The notes under the pieces are model-generated. The model saw only the letters and a list, made by a program, of their open reading frames with translations. It was not told the origin of the DNA and searched no databases. The translations under genes were made by a program, and so were the position numbers. Below are positions 1 to 9,720 of a stretch of DNA of 64,000 nucleotides, one piece after another. Source of the DNA: Candidatus Parcubacteria bacterium (GTDB lineage Bacteria; Patescibacteriota; Minisyncoccia; SURF-38); NCBI GenBank assembly GCA_003599335.1, contig QZJN01000014.1, positions 1,432 through 65,431 on the forward strand, in the 5' to 3' direction. Positions within the stretch are counted from its first letter, which is position 1. Every line of letters starts with the position of its first letter.

Positions 1-351
1 ATCGGTCTGAATATGAATCGTAAGATTCCTCCCAAAATATCATTCGCGATAGTCAGAGCTAATGCTGCTATTCCAAGATCCAACAAGGTTCCCTCAAACA
101 TGAAGCCGGGAATAAAACTATTTGCTATATAAATACCGCCGGCATTAAGCAGAATACGTAAAATGAACTTCAAAATAAACATCGCTTTTTTGCTTAATGA
201 AATTTGAGTATATCAGTTCTTTTTGTTTTGGTCAACCTTGGAATTTCGTCTGCGTTTAAGATTTTGCAGGAGAAAAACGCTTCTCCCGGAAATTTTAGGA
301 CGGAGACGTTTTTTGTTTTCCCTTTGCTTCAGACTTTTTGTGATTTTTTCC

Positions 352-1665
352 TCAAGATCGTTTTGTTCCATTTTTAAGTAAAGCCTTTGATCTAAGAGAT
401 TTATGATAGGTTATCGAAAAACGGTGCACTTCATCTTTTATTTTTACTATAAAATTTTGGACTCTTTCTGGCAAATCGTTTAAGGGGATAGGTTTTGCTT
501 TGTGGCTTAAGAAAACGTTTTTTAATCCTTTGGCAAAAGCAATTATCGGTACCGATATTTTTCTGTTGCTTAAAACGGCCCTAGCCGCATTAAGCTGGGC
601 CATGCCCCCATCAACAAACAATAAATCTGGCAGCTGCCATTCTTGATGAGAAAGTCTACGCTCAAGCATTTCTTTCATCATGGCAACATCGTTTTGTCCG
701 TTTATAGTCCTAATTTTAAATTTTCTGTATTGGTTTTTATCTGTATCTGCGTCTTTAAAAACAACCATTGTTCCAACTGCGAGGGTTCCGGAAATATTTG
801 AGATATCATAAGCCTCAATTCGTTCTGGCTCTTTTGAAAGGCCGAGGGTTTTTTTGGCTTGTTCAAGCGTTACGGCTCTTTCAATAAATTCATTTTTAAA
901 ATTCACATGTTTGTGTTCAAGGATATTGTCGAGGCTGCGGGTTATTTTACGAATCTCAATTGCTCTTTCAAAATCCTCCTCTTTTGCGGCTTTTAACATT
1001 TGTTTTTTTAAATCGCGCATTAAACTTTTTTTGTTTCCAGACAAAACCGATTTTAGATAAAAGATCGATTCAAGATAACGCTTTCTAGAGCTGGAGTTAT
1101 TTAAGTATTTGTATCTGCCGGCCAAAACCCTTGGCTTCAGGCAGCAAACTCCGAAACACAATTTAAGATGATAATTAAAACAAAGCTTGTCGTGTTTGGA
1201 TTTGCAAGTGCAAAAGGCGAGGGTCTTGCGGAGATTTCTTAAAATTATTTTTAAGGCACTGCCTTCGGTGAACGGGCCTATAAACGATGCTTTATCGTGG
1301 AATTTTTTCAATTTAAGCTGATGCGTCAGAAAAACTCTCGGGTACTTTTCTTTTGTAAAACCGACGAAAAAATAATTCTTATCGTCTCTGAACAAAACAT
1401 TATATTTTGGCTGAAAGCTTTTTATAAGTTTTGCTTCTAAAATCAAGGCTTCCGGCTCGGAGTCTGTCTTATGAAAGCTAAGCTTTGTAGCTTCTTTTAT
1501 TAGCTCTTTTATCTTCGCTGGCACACTCTTGGAAAAATAACTCGAAACCCTATTTTTTATATTATTTGCTTTCCCGACATAAAGAGTTTTGGCGCCATGT
1601 TTAAAAATATATACACCGGTCGTTGTCGGGAGTTTTGAAACTTTAGCTTTTTTTGCTGTTAACAT
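352..1665 (-). CDS. uvrC: Excinuclease ABC subunit C (UvrC), short form
   Basis: N-terminal GIY-YIG motif (GVYIFKH...LYVGKANNIKNRVSSYF) and UvrC-like central region. At 437 aa it is shorter than the usual ~600 aa and appears to lack the C-terminal HhH region. Confidence 0.75.
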   Translation of the reverse strand: MLTAKKAKVSKLPTTTGVYIFKHGAKTLYVGKANNIKNRVSSYFSKSVPAKIKELIKEATKLSFHKTDSEPEALILEAKLIKSFQPKYNVLFRDDKNYFFVGFTKEKYPRVFLTHQLKLKKFHDKASFIGPFTEGSALKIILRNLRKTLAFCTCKSKHDKLCFNYHLKLCFGVCCLKPRVLAGRYKYLNNSSSRKRYLESIFYLKSVLSGNKKSLMRDLKKQMLKAAKEEDFERAIEIRKITRSLDNILEHKHVNFKNEFIERAVTLEQAKKTLGLSKEPERIEAYDISNISGTLAVGTMVVFKDADTDKNQYRKFKIRTINGQNDVAMMKEMLERRLSHQEWQLPDLLFVDGGMAQLNAARAVLSNRKISVPIIAFAKGLKNVFLSHKAKPIPLNDLPERVQNFIVKIKDEVHRFSITYHKSLRSKALLKNGTKRS

Positions 1666-1779
1666 AACGTTTAATGGCTTCCTTAGCCTTTAGATTGGCA
1701 GGATCATTATATGATTTTGTTTGAAGAAATGGCAAAGCCTTGAAGTTTGGTTGTTTTAGGCATATACTATGTGGAATTT

Positions 1780-4623
1780 ATGTCGGCTCAAAATCAAGGC
1801 AAAAAAAATAAAAGCGAGGAAATGATAGTTGTTAGGGGGGCCCGCGTTCATAACCTTAAGAATGTAAATGTAACCATACCCCGAAATAAGTTGGTGGTTA
1901 TAACTGGCATTTCAGGTTCGGGGAAATCATCACTGGCTTTTGATACGATTTATGCAGAAGGGCAGCGTCGCTATGTGGAGTCTTTATCGGCTTACGCAAG
2001 GCAGTTTCTGGGGGTTATGGATAAGCCCGACGTTGATAGTATCGAAGGTTTGAGCCCGGCGATTGCCATTGATCAAAAATCCGTTTCGAGAAATCCTCGT
2101 TCAACTGTAGGAACCATAACCGAAATTTACGATTATTTAAGGCTTTTATTCGCGCGTATAGGCAAGCCGCATTGTCCGCAATGTTCCCGGTCGGTAGTTT
2201 CTCAAAATGTTACCCAAATTACCGATAGGATTTTGGATCTGCCAAAAAATTCAAGCATCGTGGTTCTTGGCCCAATTATTAAAGGAGTAAAAGGAATTCA
2301 CAAAAGCGTTTTGGAAACCATAAGTCGGGCCGGCTATATCCGTGTCAGGGTTGATGGCGAGATTTATACAATTGAAGAAGCCTTAAAGTTGGAACTTGGC
2401 AGATACAAGATTCATTATATTGAAGCCGTTGTCGATAGATTTGCTTTAAATCAAGAAATTGATAGAGCTCGCATTGCAGAGTCTGTTGAAACTGCAATTA
2501 AACTTGGAGAGGGGACAATGATTGTTCAACTCGGCTCCCCCGAAAAAGAAAAGAAAGATCTTTTGTTTTCGGAAAAGCTTACTTGTTTGAATTGTGGTAT
2601 CTCAATTTCCGAGATTGAACCAAGAACTTTTTCTTTCAATTCTCCTCACGGCGCCTGTTCTTCCTGTACCGGTCTTGGAAAAAAACTTGAAGTTGATCCG
2701 GGCCTTATTATTCCAAACCCAAAATTAACAATAGGCGAGGGAGCGATTCGTCCCTGGGCGGCAGCCTCTCATCGTGTGGGGCGGCAAGGTTGGTTCTGGT
2801 GGAAACTTGAAGAGCTTTCTTCCCACTATGGTTTTTCGGTTGATGTTTCTTGGAATTCGTTGCCGGCCAAAATCCAAAAAGTTATTTTATATGGAGCCGA
2901 TGATGAGAGTGTTGATTTTGAGGGTGTTATACCGAATCTTGAGCGGCGCTGGAAAGAAACAGATTCTGAATGGACTCGTTCTGAAATAGAAAAATATATG
3001 AATATAAAGGTATGTCCGGTTTGTAATGGTTCTCGCTTGAAACCGGAAGCTCTGGGCGTAAAGGTTTTGAACAAAAACATAGCTCAAGTTACGGCCGAAA
3101 CTATTACTAAAAATCAGGAATTTTTCAAAGAGTTGCTTGATAAAGGGATTTTAAAGGCTTCAGAGTCCAAAATAGCGTCGCCAATAATCAAGGAAATTAT
3201 TTCCAGGCTTAGTTTTTTGGTTGACGTTGGGCTGGAATATCTCACTTTAGATAGGGAATCCGAGACTTTAGCCGGGGGAGAAGCGCAGCGCATAAGGCTT
3301 GCAACTCAAATCGGGTCTCAATTGGTCGGGGTTACATATATATTGGATGAACCTTCTATAGGTCTTCATTCCAGAGATAATGGCCGTCTTTTGCAATCTT
3401 TAAAACAGCTTAAAGATTTGGGCAATACTGTCATAGTTGTTGAACACGACGAGCAAACAATGATGGAGTCTGATTGGTTGATTGATGTTGGCCCTCAAGC
3501 TGGAAGGCATGGAGGAGAGATTGTGGCAGAAGGAACTCCGCAGGAAGTTTTGAAAGGAAAAAGTTTAACGGCACTTTACCTTTCTGGAAAAGCAAAGATT
3601 GAAGTTCCCAAAACAACTCGTAAGGGGAATGGAAATTTTCTTATTATTAAGGGAGCTTCAGAGCACAATCTTAAAAATATTGACGTTAAAATTCCTCTTG
3701 GTTGTTTTGTTTGTCTTTCAGGAGTTTCTGGTTCTGGTAAAAGCACTTTAATGGACGATATTTTAGTAAAAGCGCTTTACAAATATTTTTATAATTCTAA
3801 ACAAGAACCAGGCGCTCACAAAATTATTTCCGGCAAGGAATTTATTGATAAAGTTGTTTATGTTGATCAATCTCCAATAGGGCGTACTCCTCGTTCTAAT
3901 CCGGCGACTTACACGGGTGTGTTTGGTTTTGTAAGAAGTCTTTTTGCTTCAACGCAGGAGGCAAAAGTTCGTGGCTATGGCCCCGGAAGGTTTTCTTTCA
4001 ATGTTAAAGGGGGAAGATGCGAAGCTTGTGAGGGGCAAGGTCTTAAAAAAATAGAAATGCATTTTCTTCCGGATGTTTATGTTGAATGTGAAGAATGCCA
4101 CGGCACCCGTTTTAACCGCGAGGCTTTGGAAATAAAATATCAAGGTAAAAGCATTGCCGATGTTTTAAGTATGAGCATCGAGGAAGCTTTGAAATTTTTT
4201 AAAGACGTTCCGGCAATAAAGCAAAAATTGGCGACACTAAACGAAGTCGGGCTTTCGTATATGCAACTTGGTCAGCCGGCACCGACATTATCAGGAGGCG
4301 AGGCCCAGAGAGTTAAGCTCGCAACGGAACTTTCTCGGCGCGGCACAGGGCAGACTTTATATATTTTAGATGAACCGACAACCGGTTTGCATTTCGACGA
4401 TGTTAAAAAGCTGCTCTCGGTTCTGCAGAAGCTGGTTGATAAAGGTAATACAATTTTAGTTATTGAACACAACCTAGATGTTTTGAAATCAGCCGATTGG
4501 GTTATTGATTTGGGGCCAGAAGGAGGAGAGGGTGGCGGTCAGATTATCGCTGAAGGCACCCCAAGAGAGATCGCCAAGGTTAAAAAATCATATACCGGTC
4601 AATTTTTAGCCAAACTTTTTTAG
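1780..4623 (+). CDS. uvrA: Excinuclease ABC subunit A (UvrA)
   Basis: Two ABC ATPase modules ([14 protein letters not shown]; [10 protein letters not shown]), zinc-finger Cys clusters and LSGGEAQR signatures. The ORF track starts at TTG 1747; the ATG at 1780 (MSAQNQ) is more plausible. Ends with TAG. Confidence 0.9.
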   Translation: MSAQNQGKKNKSEEMIVVRGARVHNLKNVNVTIPRNKLVVITGISGSGKSSLAFDTIYAEGQRRYVESLSAYARQFLGVMDKPDVDSIEGLSPAIAIDQKSVSRNPRSTVGTITEIYDYLRLLFARIGKPHCPQCSRSVVSQNVTQITDRILDLPKNSSIVVLGPIIKGVKGIHKSVLETISRAGYIRVRVDGEIYTIEEALKLELGRYKIHYIEAVVDRFALNQEIDRARIAESVETAIKLGEGTMIVQLGSPEKEKKDLLFSEKLTCLNCGISISEIEPRTFSFNSPHGACSSCTGLGKKLEVDPGLIIPNPKLTIGEGAIRPWAAASHRVGRQGWFWWKLEELSSHYGFSVDVSWNSLPAKIQKVILYGADDESVDFEGVIPNLERRWKETDSEWTRSEIEKYMNIKVCPVCNGSRLKPEALGVKVLNKNIAQVTAETITKNQEFFKELLDKGILKASESKIASPIIKEIISRLSFLVDVGLEYLTLDRESETLAGGEAQRIRLATQIGSQLVGVTYILDEPSIGLHSRDNGRLLQSLKQLKDLGNTVIVVEHDEQTMMESDWLIDVGPQAGRHGGEIVAEGTPQEVLKGKSLTALYLSGKAKIEVPKTTRKGNGNFLIIKGASEHNLKNIDVKIPLGCFVCLSGVSGSGKSTLMDDILVKALYKYFYNSKQEPGAHKIISGKEFIDKVVYVDQSPIGRTPRSNPATYTGVFGFVRSLFASTQEAKVRGYGPGRFSFNVKGGRCEACEGQGLKKIEMHFLPDVYVECEECHGTRFNREALEIKYQGKSIADVLSMSIEEALKFFKDVPAIKQKLATLNEVGLSYMQLGQPAPTLSGGEAQRVKLATELSRRGTGQTLYILDEPTTGLHFDDVKKLLSVLQKLVDKGNTILVIEHNLDVLKSADWVIDLGPEGGEGGGQIIAEGTPREIAKVKKSYTGQFLAKLF

Positions 4624-4784
4624 GAAAATTAAGGAAGCAATTTTATGCGATGCTTAAAGGCTCTGACGGTGACGTCAGAGCCTTTAAGTGTGGACAAGTT
4701 AGATATTCACAGAGAAATAAAATCTAAAAAATTTTACTATATAAATAGAACCCTTCGGGTTCAATTCAAGTAGGAGGTGCCAAA

Positions 4785-5261
4785 TTGGCATCCGTAGCCC
4801 AGGCTGTTCTACCACCGGTTTTTCCACTTGCAAGGCAAAGGGTTGAGGCTTTCGCCTCCCATAGGGGGTGTTGCCGTCAACGTCCAGAAGTTCTCCCAAT
4901 GACTGAAGCCGCCATGCTGGTGGAAGAGGGAATTTGCCTGGCGCTCGATCAACTGCTTGAGCTGGGCCTTATTCTTCCTTTCAAACATCTTGATCCTGAT
5001 CATCCGTATAAGGATTTTGATGTTCCCCTGGCATGTTGTCCGTTTGTGATGCGAATCAACGGCACGAGTTCCACTCAGGCCGCGACGCGCCATATTCGGC
5101 ACCATCCGGGCCGGTATCTGCGTCAGGTTGTCATCAACCCCGCAAATGAGGAGATGATTTTTCTCCTCAAATCACGCCCCCGCAGGGCCTTGCAGGATTC
5201 TTTCCGTCTCCTGTACAGAGCAATCCGGAGGCACCGCATCAACAGCCACGGCAGTCCATGA
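4785..5261 (+). CDS. Hypothetical GC-rich ORF (158 aa, Arg/His-rich), possibly foreign origin
   Basis: Strong SD AGGAGGTG (4773-4780) sits 5 nt before a TTG start. The ORF spans the whole GC-rich block and its stop lies inside a terminator hairpin (5249-5285). I found no recognisable domain. A structured RNA is an alternative reading. Confidence 0.3.
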   Translation: MASVAQAVLPPVFPLARQRVEAFASHRGCCRQRPEVLPMTEAAMLVEEGICLALDQLLELGLILPFKHLDPDHPYKDFDVPLACCPFVMRINGTSSTQAATRHIRHHPGRYLRQVVINPANEEMIFLLKSRPRRALQDSFRLLYRAIRRHRINSHGSP

Positions 5262-5285
5262 AAGTTCGGACTGCCGTGAATTTTT
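5249..5285 (+). terminator. Rho-independent terminator hairpin (GCAGTCC..GGACTGC + TTTTT)
   Basis: 9-bp GC stem followed by a T-run immediately after the 4785-5261 ORF. Confidence 0.5.
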
Positions 5286-5401
5286 ACAAAAAACAAAGAT
5301 TAAATAATATTTTAATAATTACGTCAATAGAAAAATTTAGCTTGTTTTCTTATTTTTATATTATCTAAGCTCTAAATTCCCCAAGTTATCCCCAAAACCC
5401 T

Positions 5402-5430
5402 TTGACATAGTTTTTTAATTTGCTAAATTA
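5402..5430 (+). promoter_or_regulatory. Sigma70-like promoter (TTGACA-17-TAAATT); partial duplicate of the groES promoter
   Basis: TTGACA at 5402-5407 with a -10-like TAAATT about 17 nt downstream. About 80% identical over ~35 nt to the groES promoter region at 6013-6047. Confidence 0.45.
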
Positions 5431-5439
5431 GCTTCACGT

Positions 5440-6000
5440 TCTCTGGATCGTTAAACACGTACTTGGATGGCCCTTAAACAAGGTCACCCACCTCGATAAA
5501 TGTCCAAACCATCCCTTAAACAAGGATATAAGGGCAATCTAACGGCTCAATAACGGTATAAGACCTACTGACACTCCCAAGTCCTCAAAAGGGACTGAAG
5601 GAATCGGCGGGAATAAAACCGCAGTTGACTCGTTAGAGTCGCAACAATAATCGGGGTAGCGCTCCGGGTAGACACCGTCTTACCAACGGCGTTGACTCGA
5701 AGCAAGGTAAAAAAGGAAGGATGCGAGGGGCAACTCTTGCATATGGGTACGTTTTGACCCGTGCGACGTCAAGCGAGACGTCACAATGATTGGAAGCTAA
5801 TAACTTCCAATGGTAAAACTGCCGCAAGGTAGTAACAATACCCGTAGGCCTTAAAACCTACGCATAAGCCAGCTGGCAACCCGCAAGGTTAGGGGAAACC
5901 CAACCAGCTTCGGCGAAGGGCCTTACCTTCCGACAACCATCCAGAGAACTCGTTCTCATCCCGGGGCGGCCGTCAACTGACGATCGCCCCTTTCTTTTTT
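5440..6000 (+). ncRNA. Candidate large structured ncRNA (~560 nt), family unknown
   Basis: This stretch is ~52% GC in a ~40% GC genome and has no + strand ORF of 60 aa or more. A promoter lies upstream and an intrinsic terminator downstream (GGGGCG..CGCCCC + TTTCTTTTTT, 5964-6000). It contains several tetraloop hairpins (GGTTaGGG-GAAA-CCCaACC, TTGGAAG/CTTCCAA, CGTAGG/CCTACG) and a twice-repeated CCCTTAAACAAGG motif. Confidence 0.35.
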
Positions 6001-6048
6001 CTAAACACAGAGCCCTTGACATGGGTTTTTTATTTTTGCTAATTTGTA

Positions 6049-6075
6049 TTAGCAATCATAATTAAAGAGTGCTAA
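6049..6075 (+). promoter_or_regulatory. CIRCE (HrcA operator) inverted repeat TTAGCAATC-N9-GAGTGCTAA upstream of groES
   Basis: Matches the CIRCE consensus TTAGCACTC-N9-GAGTGCTAA with one mismatch. It lies between the TTGACA box (6016-6021) and the groES ATG at 6080. Confidence 0.8.
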
Positions 6076-6079
6076 AAAT

Positions 6080-6388
6080 ATGAAATTTAATCCAATCAAC
6101 GACCATATAGTTATAGAGCCAATCAAAGAAGAACAAAAAACAAAAACAGGCATTGTTTTGCCGGATACAGCCGAAAAAGAAAAGCCAGAGCAGGGGCGTG
6201 TTGTGGCTGTTGGTCCGGGCAAGCTAACGGATTCCGGCAATAGATTGCCGATGAGTCTTAAGGTCGGAGATATTGTTTTATTTACCAAATACGGACCAAA
6301 CGAAATAAAAGTTAAAGATGCATCTGGTAAAGAGGTTGAATATTTAATCGCCAAAGAAGACGATATCCTCGCCGTTATTGAAAAATAA
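6080..6388 (+). CDS. groES: Co-chaperonin GroES
   Basis: 102 aa, typical GroES sequence (IVLPDTAEKEKPEQGRVVAVGPG...), immediately upstream of groEL. Confidence 0.92.
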   Translation: MKFNPINDHIVIEPIKEEQKTKTGIVLPDTAEKEKPEQGRVVAVGPGKLTDSGNRLPMSLKVGDIVLFTKYGPNEIKVKDASGKEVEYLIAKEDDILAVIEK

Positions 6389-6428
6389 AAACACTAAATC
6401 CTAATAACTAATTTCTAAATACTAAACC

Positions 6429-8054
6429 ATGGCAGCAAAACAAATACTTTTTAACGAAAATGCCCGCGCGGCTTTAAAAAAGGGAATTGATAAACTGGCC
6501 GAATCGGTAAGAATGACTCTTGGTCCCCGCGGCAGGGCGGCGGTTATTGAACGAGGTTTCGGTGCTCCCCAGGTTACTTTTGACGGGGTTACCGTTGCCA
6601 AAGAAATTGAACTTGAAGATAAATACGAAAATCTTGGAGCTGAATTTTTAAAACAAGCGGCAGATAAAACAAACGATTCCGTTGGTGATGGCACAAGCAC
6701 CTCGGTTGTTTTGGCTCATGCAATGATAGAAGAAGGCGAAAAAGCGGTTCGCGAAAAAGGTTTCAACGTAATTCATCTTTCGGAAGAATTGCAAAAAGCC
6801 GCCGAACACATTGTTAAACAGCTTGAAAAACAAAAAGAAGCCATTAACGACAATAAAAAAATAGAAGAAGTTGCAACATTGTCGGCCAAGGATGCAAATA
6901 TAGGCAAGCTTATTGCCGAGGTCTTTGGCAAGGTTGGCAGAGATGGAGTCGTTACTGTTGAAGATTCAAATACAATAGGAAGTTCTCACGAGATAGTTGA
7001 AGGTTTGCAGTTTGATAGAGGCTTTGTTTCTCAATATATGGTTACCAACACAGAAAGAATGGAAGCGGTTTTGGAAGATCCATATATTTTGGTAACAGAT
7101 GAAAAAATATCGGCGGTAAACGATATACTTCATCTTTTGGAAAAAATAGTTCAATCGGGCAAAAAAGAGTTGGTAATAGTTGCCGAAGAAGTTGAAGGCG
7201 AAGCCCTCGCGACTTTGATACTCAACAAATTAAGAGGGATATTTAATGTCTTGGCCGTTAAAGCTCCCGGCTTTGGCGATAGACGCAAAGAAATGCTTGA
7301 AGATATTGCGACCGTCACCGGTGCCCAGTTTGTATCAAAAGATTTGGGCAAAAAGCTCGATAGCGTTGGTTTGTCGGATCTTGGCCATGCCCATCGTGTC
7401 GTTGCTGACAAGGATAATACAACCATTGTCGGCGGTAAGGGGGATAAAAAAGCAATTGATACCCGCGTTGCCCAGATAAAAGCCCAGCTCAAAAAGACAG
7501 AATCTGAATTTGATAAAGAAAAGCTTCAGGAAAGGCTTGGTAAATTATCCGGTGGGGTTGCGGTTATTAAAGTCGGAGCGCCAACGGAATCTGCCCAAAA
7601 AGAGTTAAAACAACGCGTTGAAGATGCGGTTGCCGCAACAAGAGCCGCAATGGAAGAAGGAATTGTGCCTGGAGGCGGGATTGCCCTATTTAACGCAGCT
7701 TTAGAAGGGGCGGCCGCAAGCAAATCAGATGCGGCAACGTCCATTTTGTTGCGCACGATGGAGGCTCCTTTGCGAGCTATTATAACCAATAGCGGCGAAA
7801 ATTCCGATCAGATAATTGAACAATTAAAAAAAGAAAAAGGCGGCAATATTTGGCTTGGTTTTAACTCAATAACCAACAAACTTGGCAATCTTAAAGACGC
7901 CGGCATTATAGATCCTCTCAAGGTTACCAAAACAGCTTTTACAAACGCGGTTTCTGTTGCGAGCACATATCTTACGATCGGCGCGGCTGTTGCCGAGTTG
8001 CCAAAGAAAGAAGAAAAAGAAAATTCTGGGCATTCGCATATGCCAGAGTACTAA
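6429..8054 (+). CDS. groEL: Chaperonin GroEL
   Basis: 541 aa; MAAKQILFNENARAALKKGIDKLA..., AVKAPGFGDRRK and the full-length GroEL pattern. Confidence 0.95.
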   Translation: MAAKQILFNENARAALKKGIDKLAESVRMTLGPRGRAAVIERGFGAPQVTFDGVTVAKEIELEDKYENLGAEFLKQAADKTNDSVGDGTSTSVVLAHAMIEEGEKAVREKGFNVIHLSEELQKAAEHIVKQLEKQKEAINDNKKIEEVATLSAKDANIGKLIAEVFGKVGRDGVVTVEDSNTIGSSHEIVEGLQFDRGFVSQYMVTNTERMEAVLEDPYILVTDEKISAVNDILHLLEKIVQSGKKELVIVAEEVEGEALATLILNKLRGIFNVLAVKAPGFGDRRKEMLEDIATVTGAQFVSKDLGKKLDSVGLSDLGHAHRVVADKDNTTIVGGKGDKKAIDTRVAQIKAQLKKTESEFDKEKLQERLGKLSGGVAVIKVGAPTESAQKELKQRVEDAVAATRAAMEEGIVPGGGIALFNAALEGAAASKSDAATSILLRTMEAPLRAIITNSGENSDQIIEQLKKEKGGNIWLGFNSITNKLGNLKDAGIIDPLKVTKTAFTNAVSVASTYLTIGAAVAELPKKEEKENSGHSHMPEY

Positions 8055-8141
8055 TTAAAAATCTGTAAATATAACTGAACAATAAATCAACAATATGTCC
8101 CCCGAAATTTTCGAGGGACATATTCGTTTTGGCTTTGCAAA

Positions 8142-8333
8142 ATGTTATTTTTAGAAGTAATGATTGAAATCTTGGAACAAAACCAAAACGAATATTATCG
8201 TTGCCCGGAATGCATGCACGTTTATGAATTGAAAGAAATGGCCAGGGGTTGTGAAAAATGGTGCCGTAATCATAAGGGTTGTAATCTGGAAATCATTTCC
8301 GAATCAGTAGAGCTTGGTCAAATAAAGATTTAA
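8142..8333 (+). CDS. Small zinc-ribbon-like protein (CxxC...CxxxC)
   Basis: 63 aa ORF with CPEC and CEKWC Cys pairs; no other similarity recognised. Confidence 0.4.
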   Translation: MLFLEVMIEILEQNQNEYYRCPECMHVYELKEMARGCEKWCRNHKGCNLEIISESVELGQIKI

Positions 8334-8386
8334 CTTGACTCATTATCTAAACGGAGCTAAAACTCAAATTGAAAGGGAGGTGCTCT

Positions 8387-8683
8387 TTGTTTTCATTGGA
8401 GTCTTTAGAAGACGCATTGGCGAAGCGATTCGCCGCCGACACCGAAGAAAAGAACGCGAGGGCAATCTTTGAACTTGGCAGAGTCTGGCTTGAAGCATCG
8501 CATGAAGATGTTGTTGCTTTGGCAGATATGATGATAAGGGTTGGCGAAGATGAGGATTTTGTAGAAGCCTATCCTTTTTTATCATATATTGTTTTCTCGC
8601 TGCCAAGTTTTCCAAACAGAAAAGACGTTATAACTTTTCTGTGGAACCTACGTCAGAGATTTGCCCGTTTCGCCATCAATTAG
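8387..8683 (+). CDS. Hypothetical small acidic protein
   Basis: ORF preceded by the RBS AAAGGGAGG (8372-8380). The in-frame TTG at 8387 is more likely than the track start at 8369. Confidence 0.45.
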   Translation: MFSLESLEDALAKRFAADTEEKNARAIFELGRVWLEASHEDVVALADMMIRVGEDEDFVEAYPFLSYIVFSLPSFPNRKDVITFLWNLRQRFARFAIN

Positions 8684-8779
8684 CCCGTCTGTTTTTGTAA
8701 AAACCGGCGGGCTAAACTTTTTATTGACACTAAATTAATATTCATATATAAAGCTTTGTAGCTCCAACGGAGGGATCAA

Positions 8780-9049
8780 ATGCCTGAAGACAACGAGTTG
8801 TTGTTGGTGAATCTCGAAGAAGCTTTGGGCAAAAACGGAACATGCCCGGATTTTTTCAAGATGGCAACGGATGAAGACATTGAGTATTTTGTCTGTTCCA
8901 TCTTGGGCCTTCAAGAAATCGGAGACTTGGAAGAAGAATGCCCTCGGATCTCTGATTTTTTGGAAGATAACCTCGATGGTCCGATCAACGAAAAAAATCT
9001 CCGTGGTTTCTTTTTCACAATTCGCTCAAAAGCCAACGGGGTCAATTGA
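8780..9049 (+). CDS. Hypothetical small acidic protein
   Basis: RBS GGAGGG lies 6 nt upstream of the ATG, and there is a TTGACA-17-TATAAA promoter at 8723-8751. The N-terminus shows weak similarity to the previous ORF (LEEAL.K). Confidence 0.5.
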   Translation: MPEDNELLLVNLEEALGKNGTCPDFFKMATDEDIEYFVCSILGLQEIGDLEEECPRISDFLEDNLDGPINEKNLRGFFFTIRSKANGVN

Positions 9050-9051
9050 GA

Positions 9052-9092
9052 GAGCCTGCCTTTGTAATCTTCGTGGCAGGCTTTATCTTTTG
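9052..9092 (+). terminator. Intrinsic terminator (AGCCTGCC..GGCAGGCT + TTATCTTTT)
   Basis: 8-bp GC-rich stem followed by a T-rich tail directly after the 8780-9049 ORF. Confidence 0.55.
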
Positions 9093-9147
9093 AAAATTTT
9101 TTCAAATTGCGATATACTTAAACAGCTTAATTATTGATTAAATAAAC

Positions 9148-9714
9148 ATGTTTTTAACAACACCAATCGGGATTTTAATAATAGTTATAGCTGTTATTTT
9201 AATCTGGTTTATAGGAACTTATAACTCTTTGATTCGTCGTCGCAACAGAGTTGAAGAATCTTGGTCCGATATAGAAGTTCAGCTTAAACGCCGATATGAT
9301 TTAATTCCCAATCTTTTGGAAACCGTTAAGGGTTATGCCAAACATGAAAAACAGGTCTTTGAAAACGTTACTTCGGCTCGTGCCGCGGCCATGGGCGCAA
9401 AAACAATAGGGGAGCATAGCAAAACAGAAAATATGCTTTCTTCTGCTTTAAAAACTCTATTTGCCGTTTCTGAAAATTATCCTCAACTTAGAGCTTCCGA
9501 GAATTTCAAAAGTCTTCAGGATGAATTAACCGATACCGAAAATAAAATCCAGGCCGCCAGAAGATTTTTTAATTCCACCGTTCTTTCTCTTAACACTTCA
9601 ATTCAGACATTCCCAACCAATATTATCGCCGGAATGTTTGGTTTTAAGACTGAGGAATTTTTTGACATCGATGAAAAAGGCCCGGAAGGCCAGCCGGTGA
9701 ATGTAAAGTTCTAA
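9148..9714 (+). CDS. lemA: LemA family protein
   Basis: N-terminal TM segment and the LemA pattern ([43 protein letters not shown]). Confidence 0.85.
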   Translation: MFLTTPIGILIIVIAVILIWFIGTYNSLIRRRNRVEESWSDIEVQLKRRYDLIPNLLETVKGYAKHEKQVFENVTSARAAAMGAKTIGEHSKTENMLSSALKTLFAVSENYPQLRASENFKSLQDELTDTENKIQAARRFFNSTVLSLNTSIQTFPTNIIAGMFGFKTEEFFDIDEKGPEGQPVNVKF

Positions 9715-9720
9715 AAACTT

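Noticed and set aside
2774-4472. Short ORFs on both strands inside uvrA, and similarly inside groEL, ppsA and the P-type ATPase
   Set aside because: They are fully embedded in strongly supported long genes, lack RBS and have no recognisable motifs.
4809-5105. 98-aa minus-strand ORF in the GC-rich block
   Set aside because: GC-rich DNA gives long chance ORFs. There is no RBS, and it lies antisense to the SD-led + strand ORF.
4700-6010. tmRNA, RNase P RNA or SRP RNA in the GC-rich uvrA-groES island
   Set aside because: I looked for the tmRNA tRNA-like ends (GGGG..., T-loop GGTTCGAATCC...CCA) and the RNase P P4 strands (AGGAAAGTCCGGGCT / ACAGAANCCGGCTTA). Only loose, mis-ordered resemblances were present (ACAGAGCAATCCGGAGG, GAAAGTTCGGACTGCC), and no SRP domain IV motif was found.
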